DNA from: a virus
Lineage: Duplodnaviria > Caudoviricetes
Virus record (IMG/VR): IMGVR_UViG_3300043570_000610
Coordinates: 1-53,184 of that record
Length of the DNA stretch: 53,184 nt
Reading direction: 5' to 3' (one strand)
Shown here: positions 8,044-19,496 of the stretch, piece after piece
Numbering within the stretch: position 1 is the stretch's first letter
Layout: every line of letters starts with the position of its first letter
Program-made: the position numbers and the translations under genes
The notes under the pieces: model-generated
What the model was told of the DNA's origin: nothing
What the model saw: the letters and a program-made list of their open reading frames with translations, nothing else
Databases searched by the model: none

Positions 8044-11000
8044 TTATACCTGAAGAGCTATTGCGCGAAGTTCGCGGCATTTTGGAACAACACTAGTTTT
8101 GTCCGAAAGAAGAACTACCTTAACTGCAAAAGTTTTGTAGCCAGTATAAGTCACACCGTCAGTTGTATATTCCAATACACCATCACCATTCAATTCCGTT
8201 GATGGAATATCATATGTATACTCAACAAAACTGGAAGAAGTAACTGTGGGTGGAGTAGTTGTTAATTCAATCCACTCTTTTTCTTCAAACGGGGCTGGGT
8301 CACTTTGATGTAGGAATCTGCCATATACCTTTACGTCTGTTCCATTTGGAACATACTGACTTAGATATACTCTAAGGTCTTCTGCTTCCTGTCCATCATC
8401 TAGAACAACTTGACGAGAAACATATTTCGATCTCGCATCACCGATACCAAATTCTTCATCGGCCGCATCATTATTAACATCGTTTGCGATTGCAATCATA
8501 GAACATTTTCTAAGATCAATAACAGGCGAAACAGTAGACGTTTGGGATCTCATACCAAGTTGAATTTTAAACGACTTGTCTCCATCGAGATCGTTTTGCT
8601 CATTTGAATATGAACGAATAGCAGCATCGATGGTCAATTCCGTCGTTTTATCTGGCACAAAATTCTCATATGTTGTCGATGCTTCTGTTTCGGAACCAGT
8701 ATTTGTCGTGGCAGAATATGAAAAAATGAGTTGGCATGGAGTATGATCCATATATGCAAGATTGGCACCCAATGCATTCAACACTTTATCTTCAAGTTCT
8801 GCTATTAGAGCATGAGAAGAGCCGTTGCCTACTCGGTCGTTTACAGCGAAGTTTCCGCTCTCAACATAGATCTTAGCAACGTTGTATAGAGTATCGTAAG
8901 TATGAGCAAAGCCGGAATTGAGAGTAGCACCGATATTTGCATTCGATCCACCAGTCATAGTCAAAGTTGGATTGCTGGTGTATCCAGCGCCGGGATTTGT
9001 CACTGCTACATTAGTCACTGCGCCACCGGTAACAGTAACTGCAACCGTAGCATTCGTTCCGCCCGTGGCTATTCCACCACTTAATGTGCGGGCGACAACT
9101 GTTGCAACTGTGTATGTTAGACCTGTTAGCGTGCCAGCAGTAGTTACAATTGCAACATCAGCTTGAGTTGTTAGTGTGAATCCAGTAACAGCGCCAACCG
9201 AACCTGTAACAGCAGAAACCTTATAGACAGTTCCTGTGGCATACCCAGATATTGTAGCAGTACCACCCAGAGTACCAGTGATAGTTATAAGATCACCAAC
9301 AACAAGTTTCGAAGCACCGCAAGTAAACTGGCCTGCAGTTCCAGAAACAGCCACAGTAGCAACAAGGGCACTACCATAACCAGTGCCTGCGTTGATTATA
9401 TTAAACGAGAATCCATGAATTTTATCACCAGGAGAAAATTCAGAACTTGAGAAAGAATCAAATTTTGCGTAATCGATATCATGTGTATTCAGTGCGACCG
9501 TACCAGTTGTGTCGATTTCAAAGTTTGCTCTCTGTAAACTAAACTTAATATCTTCTGCCTGCCATGCGGTCCAAGTTCTGTTGTTCGCAGATGTGAATAA
9601 AACACCGACATTAGGCTGTTCTGAAATACGAGTTGTTGTGTTGAGTTGGTCTTCGCCCAATTCAGACACCCAAATTTCATAGTTAGGGTCATTACCCGCA
9701 GGAAGAAGAACAAAACAATATTCAGTATTGTTTTGCAAGAATACTGGCGACGGGAAAGTAAACTTAGTTGACGTAGCACCATTTTCGGCATCGATGTTTA
9801 CCTGACCAGGAGATAGTGTTACTTCACCAAAAGGAATTACTCTATCACCCGGATAACCATTTATGACTTCGCGGAGTTGCATCGTGATAGGATTTGTCAA
9901 AGATTTTTTCTTAAAGAAAACATCCAGTGAGGTCACATAACATCCAAACGGCACTTCCGAAACTATAAACGTCTGAGCGATTGGATCCATTCTCCAGCGC
10001 ATAAAGTCTGTTGGGAATATAAAGTCATCAAATACGACTTCTGCTGCCGGCTGAACAATCGGCGAAGGGTCAGGAGCAGTTGGCGGAGTGACATTAGTTA
10101 CCTCAGTGACGTTATTAGTTACCTGAGTGATATTCGTATTATTTACTTCCTGAGTTACCTGAGTAACTTCTGTAACATTTGTGGTGTTATTAATTGTTGT
10201 AAATGTATTATTTACAACTGTTGTTTGAACAACACCCACTGCTCTTTCACCAAGACGATTTACCGTGGTATTGCTATCAGAAACCGATCTACTATCTGAG
10301 AGATTCACTGCTGCCACGTTGGCAACTCTTGTCGAGATTACAGTATCTTGGACACTTTGTGATAAACCATTTGCAGAGAATGTCATTGATGCAGAGGTAG
10401 TAATAAACTTAGCTCTATTTTTAGAATCATCTGCAAGTCTGAATAGCTTTTCTCCAACACGGAAAGTACCAGCAGGAATTCTGAATTGACCAAAGCATTC
10501 ACCCGATGCATTCGTGATTAGCGGATCGCCATAATCACCAGTTGCTAGGGATGAGTTTTGAACAGAATTTGTTGTGCCACTAACAATACCAGACAGTGGA
10601 CGACAATGATCCTCAACAGTAGCGCCATCAAAGAATGGATAAACACGAGAAAGCGGCTTCATTCTCGTTGCTTTAAACGTTACTATAATAGAACGCATAA
10701 ACGGAATAATAGAAGTATTTGTTACTCTAGGACCAATTCTCTGAGTTTGCGTTTCCGGTGTTACCGAGAGTTGGACGCCTTGGCGAGTTTGTCTTTGTTC
10801 TGTTGTAGTCGTTACAATAGCAATATCTTCTTGGAAAAGAGTATCGCCTCGTATTGCAGTGTTACCTGCCGCAGCCTGTGTATTTGTAGAAACTCTACCA
10901 GTTCCGGTATCTTGCCAATCTTCCCACTGGGTACCCCATGCATCGGCAAGAGTTTCCCATGCATCATAGTTACCATCAAAGTTAGCAGAAATATCAGGAA

Positions 11001-14000
11001 GTGTTGCGGTATCGGTCCAGTTATCGACTGGTGGGTCAAGTTCCATATCACCGATATATGTGAACAGAAGTTCACCGGTGCAATTACGGAACTTAGATGC
11101 TTGCAACTGGCTTATCATCGTATATTCTACATACGGCAGTGTCAGTAGATCACCAGTTTTTGTAATGTTAGTGGAGTTTGTTGAATCGTATTGTAGATCC
11201 ACATTTTCCATAAAGAAAAATGGACGCATTTCTTTTGCGGTAGGATCGATAGCAATATGGTATTCATTACTTAAAACATTACCAACATTATGACCAGTGA
11301 AAGCATCCACAAGAATACCATTCTTGAAGCGGTCTAAGCCATTGGTATCTGTAATGCTTAAATCACTGGCAGATTTTTCCAGTAGATTTAGAGATGTATA
11401 ATATTCAAGTCGATTTAGTCGCTGTTCTAATTGGCCGATATCCCGCATTGTATAGCGACGATTATCAATCGATTTATACTTAACGCCATAGTCGGTTCTA
11501 CTCACCGACTTAGCAACGCTGGGTGCCAGCGAAGGATATGGAGGAATATCCACAATCGCAATAGACAGAGAATTCTCTGGTTCTATCGGTTCAACGGGAG
11601 ATAAGGAAGAGACACCATATACAGAGGAGAATACACCCTCGTCGTCCATAACAATTCTATCTTTACGTCCTAGATAATACTCAATGTCTGTAGTAAATTG
11701 TTCTGTCGGGAAAGGCGTAATAATTGCAAGACCAGTAGGACCACTTGGTGAAGAACCTACTGCAGGATTAACTGTCGCTGAGCCAGGACTTGTAGTGAAT
11801 GTAATAGTATCATCCCAGCGAGGACGAAAATCTAGTGTGTCGCGAAGATCATATGTGACCCCGGAGGTTGTAGAGGTATAAATTGGAATTTGTTCTGTGC
11901 GAATTTTACCCGCAGGTGTCGTTTCGTCATCTACAGGATATGAATCAACAGTGTAGAAGTTGTATACAGTAGATGGAGAACCGCCATGAGTAAAGTAGTC
12001 AAATGTCACAACCAACTTTTTGTCTGTTAGCGTAAGACTTGTACCCGGCTTTTTTACAATTCTGGCGTTTGCGTAGAAGCCGTCTCGTTGACCAGTATCG
12101 AAGTTGAACAGCGAAGTTACATCTGTTCCGTCTGCCTGAATATCTGCCGCGGTCTCATCGAAATCACCAATCTTTACCGTGCGAAGTTTGTAACCATCAG
12201 ACGCACCCAAATTATATGTGCCTGTAGTGTTGCCACTATCTTCGGTATCCAGAACAACTACTGCGCTTTCTTTAAGTTCCTTAGTTACTTTATTTGCGTT
12301 AGCAACTTGTACCTTACAGTGAACGCGAATGTTTGTGGCCGCGCTGATTGCTCCAGGGAAAGTTACTGTAATCTGTGTTCCGGTATTAGTTACAGTTACA
12401 CTAGCAGTAGATTGTAGATTTAATACTGAACCTATTTCATATGCCACACTATTAATAGTGCAAGCGGCTTTTGTGGTAACAATAATATTATCAAGAATTT
12501 CTGTGTTAGTCAGTGTTCCAACTGTAAACGGAAAACTCTCGGGTGAACTTACCGAGAATGTAATAGTGTTGCTGCTATCAATAGTGTCATCAAACTGTTT
12601 GTTGTAGACAAAACTATTGTCAACCGAAACAGGATTTGTAGTCTTTAATGCTCTAGCAGGAAACTTGAAAAGAAGGCTGTTGAACTTACTCTCGTATAGG
12701 TATGCTTTACTATCTACCAGAACAACGTTTGCATGGCCGTCGGCGGTTGTATCGTAGTAAACGCCCGCAACATCTTCAAAGTTATATGAAGATGTCATTT
12801 GAATGTCGTAGAGATACATACGGAATTGCGTATTATATGCGCCAGGTGTACCAGTCTCGTGAACGATATGACGAACTCTAGCTGTGCCGATTTGTGATCC
12901 TGGTGCCGCCGTGGCAGATTGTGTGCCACCCGTTGGAGAGCCGGATGTGCCAATCGCATTCGCGGCGGTGTCACGAAGAGACACTGTATCCCCGGCTGCA
13001 ATATCCCAGTTACCGCAGAAGTTGTCAACTAGAATATAGCTACCAAATGCAGTAGAGATAGGAACTTCATTTACAACCTTAGTTGTATTTCCTTTTGGAA
13101 CAACTATATATTCTGTTTGTCTGGTTTCGTATGCATAACCGCGAACATATGCTTTACCGGCTTCGATACCAATTGCTAAAAGCGTCTCATCACCGCCCGC
13201 TGCGGGGGTGGTCGCATTGTATGGTATTAGACCATTATTAGTTCCTGTGTCAAGGTGTTCTTTGATTAAAATAGGAAACGCTTTTACAGTATAGTTGCCC
13301 GATTCATCGAAAGTGCGTTTTGCAAGATTGCGACCAAGGTCTGCATAAATGCGGTCTTCGCTCACAACATTTTGTAACTTACCACCAACAATTGATATAT
13401 ACTCTGAGAAACCGTCGTCTGGCGTGGCATCTAGCGCATATTTTGCAAGAGATGCTGTTGTTACATATCTATCGGCACCAGGCGCTGCATAGTTAAATGT
13501 ACCCTGTGCAGGATCCAAAAGATCGGGGTCAGTTTCATGTGTAACAATACTTTCTACAATCTCGAACCCAACTCTAAAGTAAGGGTATGAATTATATTTT
13601 AGTAGTTCGAGAGTAGTTTTAGTAAAAGGAAGAAACTTACCATCTAGAAAAATAATACCATCATCTAGAGTTACGAATGACCCTCTACCATAATAATAAT
13701 TACCTTCTTCGAAAGTATCATCAACTACAAAAGTATCAGTAACTTGATCGCCGGTTTCAGATTCTATTACACGAATTGTTTCACCTGGAGAAAAGTGAAC
13801 TGCGTCCGTCGATCCATCGCCCGTAAGATATCTCAAATAAAGTGTGTTAAGATCAGGTGAGTCAGCTTCCGAGCCGCCGCTGGCATAAATAATTTCTGCT
13901 TGTATCGAAGATGTTAAGCCAATTACTTTAGCCCCAACATAATCTTCAATATTTTCAATCAAAAATCCAGAAGCATCTTCGTCAAGGACTTTAATGAAGT

Positions 14001-14244
14001 CTCTTGCGGTATCCAGTTTGAACTCACAACCAGCAACTACCGAACCATTTTTAAAAACATGGCTGCCGAATTTTCCAACCTGATCTTGAAGAATGGTTTG
14101 AAGTTGTGTTAGTTCTCTTGCCTGAACAGCATAACCCGGCTTGAACAGAATTCTATTATAGTTTTTTGCAATCGCACCTTTCGACGGGTCCAACGGGACA
14201 TAAGAATCGTCAAAATACGGGGGTACATTTAAGTCCAAGGCCAT
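8044..14244 (-). CDS. Large virion structural protein (DUF4815-type, T4-like phages)
   Basis: N-terminal PYFDD...YNRILFKPGYAVQARELTQLQ, NGLDRFKNGILVDAF, DPIAQTF and C-terminal FAVKVVL...ELRAIAL. Confidence 0.75.
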   Translation of the reverse strand: MALDLNVPPYFDDSYVPLDPSKGAIAKNYNRILFKPGYAVQARELTQLQTILQDQVGKFGSHVFKNGSVVAGCEFKLDTARDFIKVLDEDASGFLIENIEDYVGAKVIGLTSSIQAEIIYASGGSEADSPDLNTLYLRYLTGDGSTDAVHFSPGETIRVIESETGDQVTDTFVVDDTFEEGNYYYGRGSFVTLDDGIIFLDGKFLPFTKTTLELLKYNSYPYFRVGFEIVESIVTHETDPDLLDPAQGTFNYAAPGADRYVTTASLAKYALDATPDDGFSEYISIVGGKLQNVVSEDRIYADLGRNLAKRTFDESGNYTVKAFPILIKEHLDTGTNNGLIPYNATTPAAGGDETLLAIGIEAGKAYVRGYAYETRQTEYIVVPKGNTTKVVNEVPISTAFGSYILVDNFCGNWDIAAGDTVSLRDTAANAIGTSGSPTGGTQSATAAPGSQIGTARVRHIVHETGTPGAYNTQFRMYLYDIQMTSSYNFEDVAGVYYDTTADGHANVVLVDSKAYLYESKFNSLLFKFPARALKTTNPVSVDNSFVYNKQFDDTIDSSNTITFSVSSPESFPFTVGTLTNTEILDNIIVTTKAACTINSVAYEIGSVLNLQSTASVTVTNTGTQITVTFPGAISAATNIRVHCKVQVANANKVTKELKESAVVVLDTEDSGNTTGTYNLGASDGYKLRTVKIGDFDETAADIQADGTDVTSLFNFDTGQRDGFYANARIVKKPGTSLTLTDKKLVVTFDYFTHGGSPSTVYNFYTVDSYPVDDETTPAGKIRTEQIPIYTSTTSGVTYDLRDTLDFRPRWDDTITFTTSPGSATVNPAVGSSPSGPTGLAIITPFPTEQFTTDIEYYLGRKDRIVMDDEGVFSSVYGVSSLSPVEPIEPENSLSIAIVDIPPYPSLAPSVAKSVSRTDYGVKYKSIDNRRYTMRDIGQLEQRLNRLEYYTSLNLLEKSASDLSITDTNGLDRFKNGILVDAFTGHNVGNVLSNEYHIAIDPTAKEMRPFFFMENVDLQYDSTNSTNITKTGDLLTLPYVEYTMISQLQASKFRNCTGELLFTYIGDMELDPPVDNWTDTATLPDISANFDGNYDAWETLADAWGTQWEDWQDTGTGRVSTNTQAAAGNTAIRGDTLFQEDIAIVTTTTEQRQTRQGVQLSVTPETQTQRIGPRVTNTSIIPFMRSIIVTFKATRMKPLSRVYPFFDGATVEDHCRPLSGIVSGTTNSVQNSSLATGDYGDPLITNASGECFGQFRIPAGTFRVGEKLFRLADDSKNRAKFITTSASMTFSANGLSQSVQDTVISTRVANVAAVNLSDSRSVSDSNTTVNRLGERAVGVVQTTVVNNTFTTINNTTNVTEVTQVTQEVNNTNITQVTNNVTEVTNVTPPTAPDPSPIVQPAAEVVFDDFIFPTDFMRWRMDPIAQTFIVSEVPFGCYVTSLDVFFKKKSLTNPITMQLREVINGYPGDRVIPFGEVTLSPGQVNIDAENGATSTKFTFPSPVFLQNNTEYCFVLLPAGNDPNYEIWVSELGEDQLNTTTRISEQPNVGVLFTSANNRTWTAWQAEDIKFSLQRANFEIDTTGTVALNTHDIDYAKFDSFSSSEFSPGDKIHGFSFNIINAGTGYGSALVATVAVSGTAGQFTCGASKLVVGDLITITGTLGGTATISGYATGTVYKVSAVTGSVGAVTGFTLTTQADVAIVTTAGTLTGLTYTVATVVARTLSGGIATGGTNATVAVTVTGGAVTNVAVTNPGAGYTSNPTLTMTGGSNANIGATLNSGFAHTYDTLYNVAKIYVESGNFAVNDRVGNGSSHALIAELEDKVLNALGANLAYMDHTPCQLIFSYSATTNTGSETEASTTYENFVPDKTTELTIDAAIRSYSNEQNDLDGDKSFKIQLGMRSQTSTVSPVIDLRKCSMIAIANDVNNDAADEEFGIGDARSKYVSRQVVLDDGQEAEDLRVYLSQYVPNGTDVKVYGRFLHQSDPAPFEEKEWIELTTTPPTVTSSSFVEYTYDIPSTELNGDGVLEYTTDGVTYTGYKTFAVKVVLLSDKTSVVPKCRELRAIALQV

Positions 14245-14258
14245 GTGTAACTTCTCTC

Positions 14259-15818
14259 TTAAAAGTTAATAACTGTTCTAATCTTTTCTACTTGATCTGC
14301 TTGTCTATTAATGGGCAGGCGATTTTCTATATAAAGAATTTCGCCTGTAGTATTAATAACATCTGGACTAGTTAGACTATTTATAGTCAATCCAGTAACG
14401 CTCGTTCTATTATTTGTCAAAATAGAATCTACTGTGATAACTGGAATTACGGGAAGAAGGTATACTTGATCTGTAGCTTCTTTAATCTGAGCAACAATAA
14501 ATCTTCCGCCACCGTCTGTCGAAATGGAATCATCGTTTGAATAAACGGTGGTATCATCAACTGTAATTACATAACAGGTCGTGCCAGTCTCTGCCATAAA
14601 ATTGTCCATTTCATCATCTAATGGATTTTTAACAATACCAAGTTGACGATAATCGTTATTATAAAAATAATCAGATGTATCATTTGTCAAATTTACTGAA
14701 AGACATACTGTTTTGGCATAAAGTTCTTTTACTGGATTTGCGCCATGACCATAATACGGTGAAACGGTAGCTGTTGCTGTTGCACCAGAACCGAAGCCTA
14801 GAATATTGTTGAATGATACTTCTGCAAAAGTATATCCTGTACCAGGATTTGTAACATCAACTCGGTCAATTCTACCCAATTCGTTTACAAATGCAACTGC
14901 TTCCGCGCCAGTTCCATCGCCCGTTATAGTAACTAGAACGTCACCGGAAGAATAATTCTGCCCAATTTCTAAAAGATTAATTCTATCCACAGTTCCAGGA
15001 ACTGCAGCCGCCTCGATACTTTCTTGGACTAAGGAAACTGGCACATTGCCCAAGGATACTTCTGCGGTAGCACCCGCGCCGGTTTCATTATCTACAATTT
15101 CAATATACGCAAATGAATATCCACTGCCCTCGTGGGTGATAGTAATGTCTGTAATTTCGTCATCGGTAACTACAGCCACTGCCGTCGCGCCTACGCCGTC
15201 GCCCTGAATAAGAATTGTTGGTAAATCTTCTGGATCGTACCCGGTTCCACCTGAAGTTACAGTGATATCATCAATGTTACCGTTGATGTCGTATAACGGA
15301 ACACCTACTCCTGCCATCTTACGAACAGGAATAAAATCGGGAGTAAGAAACTTCAATTCATCTGACGCTTCTACCTTAAACATGTATTTCCACACATAGC
15401 CGTCTGGAAGTATGAATGGATTAGTAACATCTGTGCTGTTAGGTTTATTATAACTAGGCGCACCGTCGTTATTGTTCAAACATTTGTATACGCGCATATC
15501 ATCCGTCAAAACATAGAAGTCCTTAGTTGATAAGTCATCCACATCATCGTAATGATCATAAACGTTGCCCGCAATCCAATCGATACGACGAATCATCATA
15601 ACAGCATCCGGCTTTTGGACACGCTTAACAAACATCATATTTCTATGTGTTTGACTGTTATATGACTCAGTATCAAGTGGGTCTTCTGGCGCGTCAGTCG
15701 GTGACCATTTTGTGGTTTTACCCACAAAGAAATAAAAGAAGTCGTTCTCGTTAACTATGTCACGATAGAAACTTCTTGCTAGTTCATTTCTAGCCAATGT
15801 TCTTAGCAATAGAGCCAC
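14259..15818 (-). CDS. gp8: Baseplate wedge protein gp8-like
   Basis: FYVLTDDMRVYKCLNN, DGYVWKYMF, YRQLGIVKNP and GEILYIENR..I.R...Q.E; GTG start. Confidence 0.8.
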   Translation of the reverse strand: MALLLRTLARNELARSFYRDIVNENDFFYFFVGKTTKWSPTDAPEDPLDTESYNSQTHRNMMFVKRVQKPDAVMMIRRIDWIAGNVYDHYDDVDDLSTKDFYVLTDDMRVYKCLNNNDGAPSYNKPNSTDVTNPFILPDGYVWKYMFKVEASDELKFLTPDFIPVRKMAGVGVPLYDINGNIDDITVTSGGTGYDPEDLPTILIQGDGVGATAVAVVTDDEITDITITHEGSGYSFAYIEIVDNETGAGATAEVSLGNVPVSLVQESIEAAAVPGTVDRINLLEIGQNYSSGDVLVTITGDGTGAEAVAFVNELGRIDRVDVTNPGTGYTFAEVSFNNILGFGSGATATATVSPYYGHGANPVKELYAKTVCLSVNLTNDTSDYFYNNDYRQLGIVKNPLDDEMDNFMAETGTTCYVITVDDTTVYSNDDSISTDGGGRFIVAQIKEATDQVYLLPVIPVITVDSILTNNRTSVTGLTINSLTSPDVINTTGEILYIENRLPINRQADQVEKIRTVINF

Positions 15819-15831
15819 GGTTTATAACCTA

Positions 15832-16275
15832 TTATTCTACAGTGACAGTCCAAGTGATTGTCATCGAGTCACCTGCAGCCTTGTTGATAACTGCAAACTC
15901 GGTGCGACAAAGCATTGTGCCACCTGAAGAGGCGTTGAAAATGCCTGCTTCAGTAACAGCACCAGTGCCGGTACCAGCAGCGAACGTTGCAACGTATTCT
16001 ACAGAATTGTCAGTAACTGTTGTAGAAGTTAGCGATACGCGACCAAGCGAAGTCTGAAGTGCAGTGTCGGCTGGGGCAGGATCAGTTGTACCCGAGCCGA
16101 TTGCCATGTGAGTCATTGCTGTTTCAGTGGCGTCCTTCATGCGTGATGCGATGTAGTCTAGGCCTGCGTCAACAACGAGGTTGGTTACATTAAGTTCTTG
16201 CTTAAGGTTGCCTGCATTGTCATTGACAACGATAGATAGCTTACCTGTAGCTGAAAGGAAATCCTTATTTCTCAT
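15832..16275 (-). CDS. Virion structural protein
   Basis: NLVV..G, HMAIGSG and TEAGIFNA..GGTML.R motifs typical of phage tail-associated beta proteins. Confidence 0.55.
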   Translation of the reverse strand: MRNKDFLSATGKLSIVVNDNAGNLKQELNVTNLVVDAGLDYIASRMKDATETAMTHMAIGSGTTDPAPADTALQTSLGRVSLTSTTVTDNSVEYVATFAAGTGTGAVTEAGIFNASSGGTMLCRTEFAVINKAAGDSMTITWTVTVE

Positions 16276-16298
16276 GAGTATTATACCTTCTTCTTGTG

Positions 16299-19200
16299 TT
16301 AAATCGAATTGTTACTTCCAACGTAATCGCCTGCTTCATAAGCGCCAGAAGTATAATCATATGACCAGTAGTCTTGTGTATTTATATTGCCTATTTCGCT
16401 TACTGTGGAAGTTTCTACTAGATTTTTGTTGATACTAGAGTATGTATCTTCCATGGTGTGAAGCGTAGACTGTGCAGCCTTACCCGGCTCAATTATCTCA
16501 ATATTTTCATTGACGCCGTTTGGTAAGCCATCGCTAGACGCCTTATTTACCGAAAGTGAATTACTGTCCGAGATAGAAACACCATCGGTTAATGTTTTTG
16601 TGAACGAAGTTTCTAAAACATCCGTGACTGTAGGATCATCATTCGGTATTGTGTGTGTGAGATCAATTGAGTCTATGCTTTCAGTTACAGTCACCGTCTC
16701 ATTGATTAACTTGGTGATTACCATATACGGTATACTATCACCCGAAGCTACCGTTTCTGTTAGTCCTTTACCCGCTTGAATGGATGCGGTATCAATAGTA
16801 GATAGAATAATATCTGTTTCATATTTGTAGAAGTCAGATATCGAACTATCAGACGCAATATAAGATTCACTGATATTTCTCAGGAAACCGAAATAGATAT
16901 CATCTGTGGTAAGTGGAATATCCAGCAGGGTTTTACCCACATCAAAGGTATCAATGATATCACTTGTTACCGGAGTGTCAACTACACTCTTACCAACAGA
17001 AAAATTGTTAAGAATATCAGAAGAAGTAACAATATCATCACCGGATATATGCTCAAAGGTAGTTCCTCCAATTGAAACATAATAACCAAATGGCGTTGCA
17101 GCACCAGAAATAATAGTAATAGCACCTTCGTTATCGATACTAATAGTCATAGTATAAAGACCACCATCACCGGTTATTTCAAAAGTAGTACCATAAAGTG
17201 CGCTGGCATTATCAAACGGAGTAACATAAGAAAATGATACGTTCTTACCGACATGAGATACATGTTGCTCCTCGGCAAGATATGTATCATTAAGTGTCTT
17301 CCTAAAGTCTACTGCAATATCATAACTTACACCAAGAATTTCTACTGCTCGAACAATTTCAACTGGGAATTCATAGAAGTGAATTGGTTGACGAACAACT
17401 TCAAACGAAGCACCAAGCTCTAGGGTGCTACCTAGTAATAGTTCACTGAATATCGCCATACCGGCTGGGTGAACAGTGTTTTTCACCATTGTCATCCAGT
17501 TAACAGATGGCACCTTGGAACGAAGGACATACGAATAATTCTGGTAATAGTAATTGTCTTGGAGTTTATTAACATCCGACAACATACCTTGACGATTCTG
17601 GAATCCTTCTTGTATAGAAGTTATTGCTCCGGTAGTGAAGCTCAGGACACAATTTGATCCAGATGTTGATGTTATCGTAGCTGTAAATGTCTGTGCTTCA
17701 AATCCACTGCCACTTGAGAAGATTCTTACCTTTGTAGGTCTTCCTTGAGCATTGACGCTATCAATAATAACACTGGCTCTATTATCTACGCCGAACTGAA
17801 CGTAATCGCCCGCGAAATAATTTAGAGACGTATCTGGGAAACTGAATACATATTGCCCAGTTGTTCCGCTTTCGGAAATTGAGTATACTTCACCTTGTAA
17901 GAAGCCATAATTAGGTGAACCAGAAACGCTGACAATCCCTACGGTGTCTGTAATGCTACGTGAAACATAACCATACTTATCTGTAAACTCATCAATATAT
18001 ACAAACGACCGTATGGTATCCGTGCTAAACGATATGATAGTGGATTCTTCTGTGTATCCTGTGCCGCCGGTTAACATCGAAACATATTCGATACCACCGG
18101 TATCATTTAGATACGCTTGTGCCGTTGCTCCAGTAGCATCAATGTCGGAAATAAATGTAACGGCTGGAATTGCATTGTAGCCACTACCGGAGGCATCCAT
18201 TGCATCAATGAATCGCTGTTCGGCGCCAGTGCCTGCGGAAGTAAAGTTGATAAAGTATTCTTTAGATAACGCATGAAAATTGCCGACACCCACTGAGGTA
18301 AGATTCAACTCACTATATGTTGAAATAGTTACATAGTCTGCCGCAAAATAGGTATCGTCTAAACAATATCTTGGGTCACTATCGATTAAAGATTCTGCGA
18401 GTTTGATTGTATTGTTATTAATTTTAATAACATAATACACGCCGGTATCATCAAGGCCGCCGATTCCGGTAGAATCTGCCTTATATACAACCAGATCGCC
18501 AGTATTATAACCATGTGCCGCTATCGTTATGGTATTAGTAGAAATGTTTACATTGGCACTTTTAAAAAAAGTTCTTGTAGGAACTTGTTGCAACGCAATT
18601 TTGTCACGATACAATCGAAAATATCTACTGTCAATTACTTTAACAAAATATTGTCTATATGGAATTAATCCGCCAATTGCCGAGCCTTCCATAGGATCAT
18701 AGATAACACAATCGCCAGTTGTAAACCCATGGTCTGGAATTAAAAATCTGGCATATATGTCAAAGTTTTCAGCCGGATCGAAGTCTCTAGAAGAAACTGC
18801 CGGGTCACCAGTAATGGCCTTTATTTCACCATCAACTATCAGTGGCACAGCATTTCCACCTGCGCCAGGAAGAGTGACAGTATCATTTTCTTCATGCTTA
18901 ACATAAAGTTCATATGTTGGAACAGTAGAATATGCTAGTCTAGTTACTTCATCAACTATAATATCATGTGTCTCAAAGGTTGCAACACTGCCAATATTAA
19001 TGTGAGAATATATCTTCGCTCGTTTACCCTTTAGTTCAAAAGGATCCAATGAGATGGTATCATCTGTTGTGATACGCATTTTTTCGCGATTAATCCAAAC
19101 ACCATCGGATGCTTTTAATACAAACTTTGATGGGTATATAATATCAACATGTTCGTTGAAGAAAGTTCTGAATATGAACAGAATACTTTCTTCTGAACCT

Positions 19201-19493
19201 TTTGCCTCATAAAACTCTCTAATAAATTTTATAAGACGCTTATCCGTAATAAGCGAATCTTTCGGGAACATCTGTAAATATTGTTCACGAAACGATGGAA
19301 CAAAGGCATCAAGTGTATTATTGATATCAGAAAACGAGCTGGCATTCAATAGAACATTATTCGCCTCTCCGTCCTGATCTAGAAACTCATAGTATTTTTC
19401 TAGAAAAAGAACGAATTGTGGGAATTCTGCTCTGATATAATCTGGAACTTGATTTGCAATCAAATATGCCAGAGAATTTTTGAAATCCGACAT
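16299..19493 (-). CDS. gp7: Baseplate wedge initiator gp7-like
   Basis: FLEKYYEFL, FYEAKGSEES, LQDNYYYQNYSYVL and VHPAGM; lies between gp6 and gp8. Confidence 0.7.
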   Translation of the reverse strand: MSDFKNSLAYLIANQVPDYIRAEFPQFVLFLEKYYEFLDQDGEANNVLLNASSFSDINNTLDAFVPSFREQYLQMFPKDSLITDKRLIKFIREFYEAKGSEESILFIFRTFFNEHVDIIYPSKFVLKASDGVWINREKMRITTDDTISLDPFELKGKRAKIYSHINIGSVATFETHDIIVDEVTRLAYSTVPTYELYVKHEENDTVTLPGAGGNAVPLIVDGEIKAITGDPAVSSRDFDPAENFDIYARFLIPDHGFTTGDCVIYDPMEGSAIGGLIPYRQYFVKVIDSRYFRLYRDKIALQQVPTRTFFKSANVNISTNTITIAAHGYNTGDLVVYKADSTGIGGLDDTGVYYVIKINNNTIKLAESLIDSDPRYCLDDTYFAADYVTISTYSELNLTSVGVGNFHALSKEYFINFTSAGTGAEQRFIDAMDASGSGYNAIPAVTFISDIDATGATAQAYLNDTGGIEYVSMLTGGTGYTEESTIISFSTDTIRSFVYIDEFTDKYGYVSRSITDTVGIVSVSGSPNYGFLQGEVYSISESGTTGQYVFSFPDTSLNYFAGDYVQFGVDNRASVIIDSVNAQGRPTKVRIFSSGSGFEAQTFTATITSTSGSNCVLSFTTGAITSIQEGFQNRQGMLSDVNKLQDNYYYQNYSYVLRSKVPSVNWMTMVKNTVHPAGMAIFSELLLGSTLELGASFEVVRQPIHFYEFPVEIVRAVEILGVSYDIAVDFRKTLNDTYLAEEQHVSHVGKNVSFSYVTPFDNASALYGTTFEITGDGGLYTMTISIDNEGAITIISGAATPFGYYVSIGGTTFEHISGDDIVTSSDILNNFSVGKSVVDTPVTSDIIDTFDVGKTLLDIPLTTDDIYFGFLRNISESYIASDSSISDFYKYETDIILSTIDTASIQAGKGLTETVASGDSIPYMVITKLINETVTVTESIDSIDLTHTIPNDDPTVTDVLETSFTKTLTDGVSISDSNSLSVNKASSDGLPNGVNENIEIIEPGKAAQSTLHTMEDTYSSINKNLVETSTVSEIGNINTQDYWSYDYTSGAYEAGDYVGSNNSI

Positions 19494-19496
19494 GCA

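Noticed and set aside
10558-11148. 196-aa plus-strand ORF and similar short antisense ORFs across the tail module
   Set aside because: Opposite well-supported structural genes, with Cys/Arg-rich composition typical of non-coding frames.
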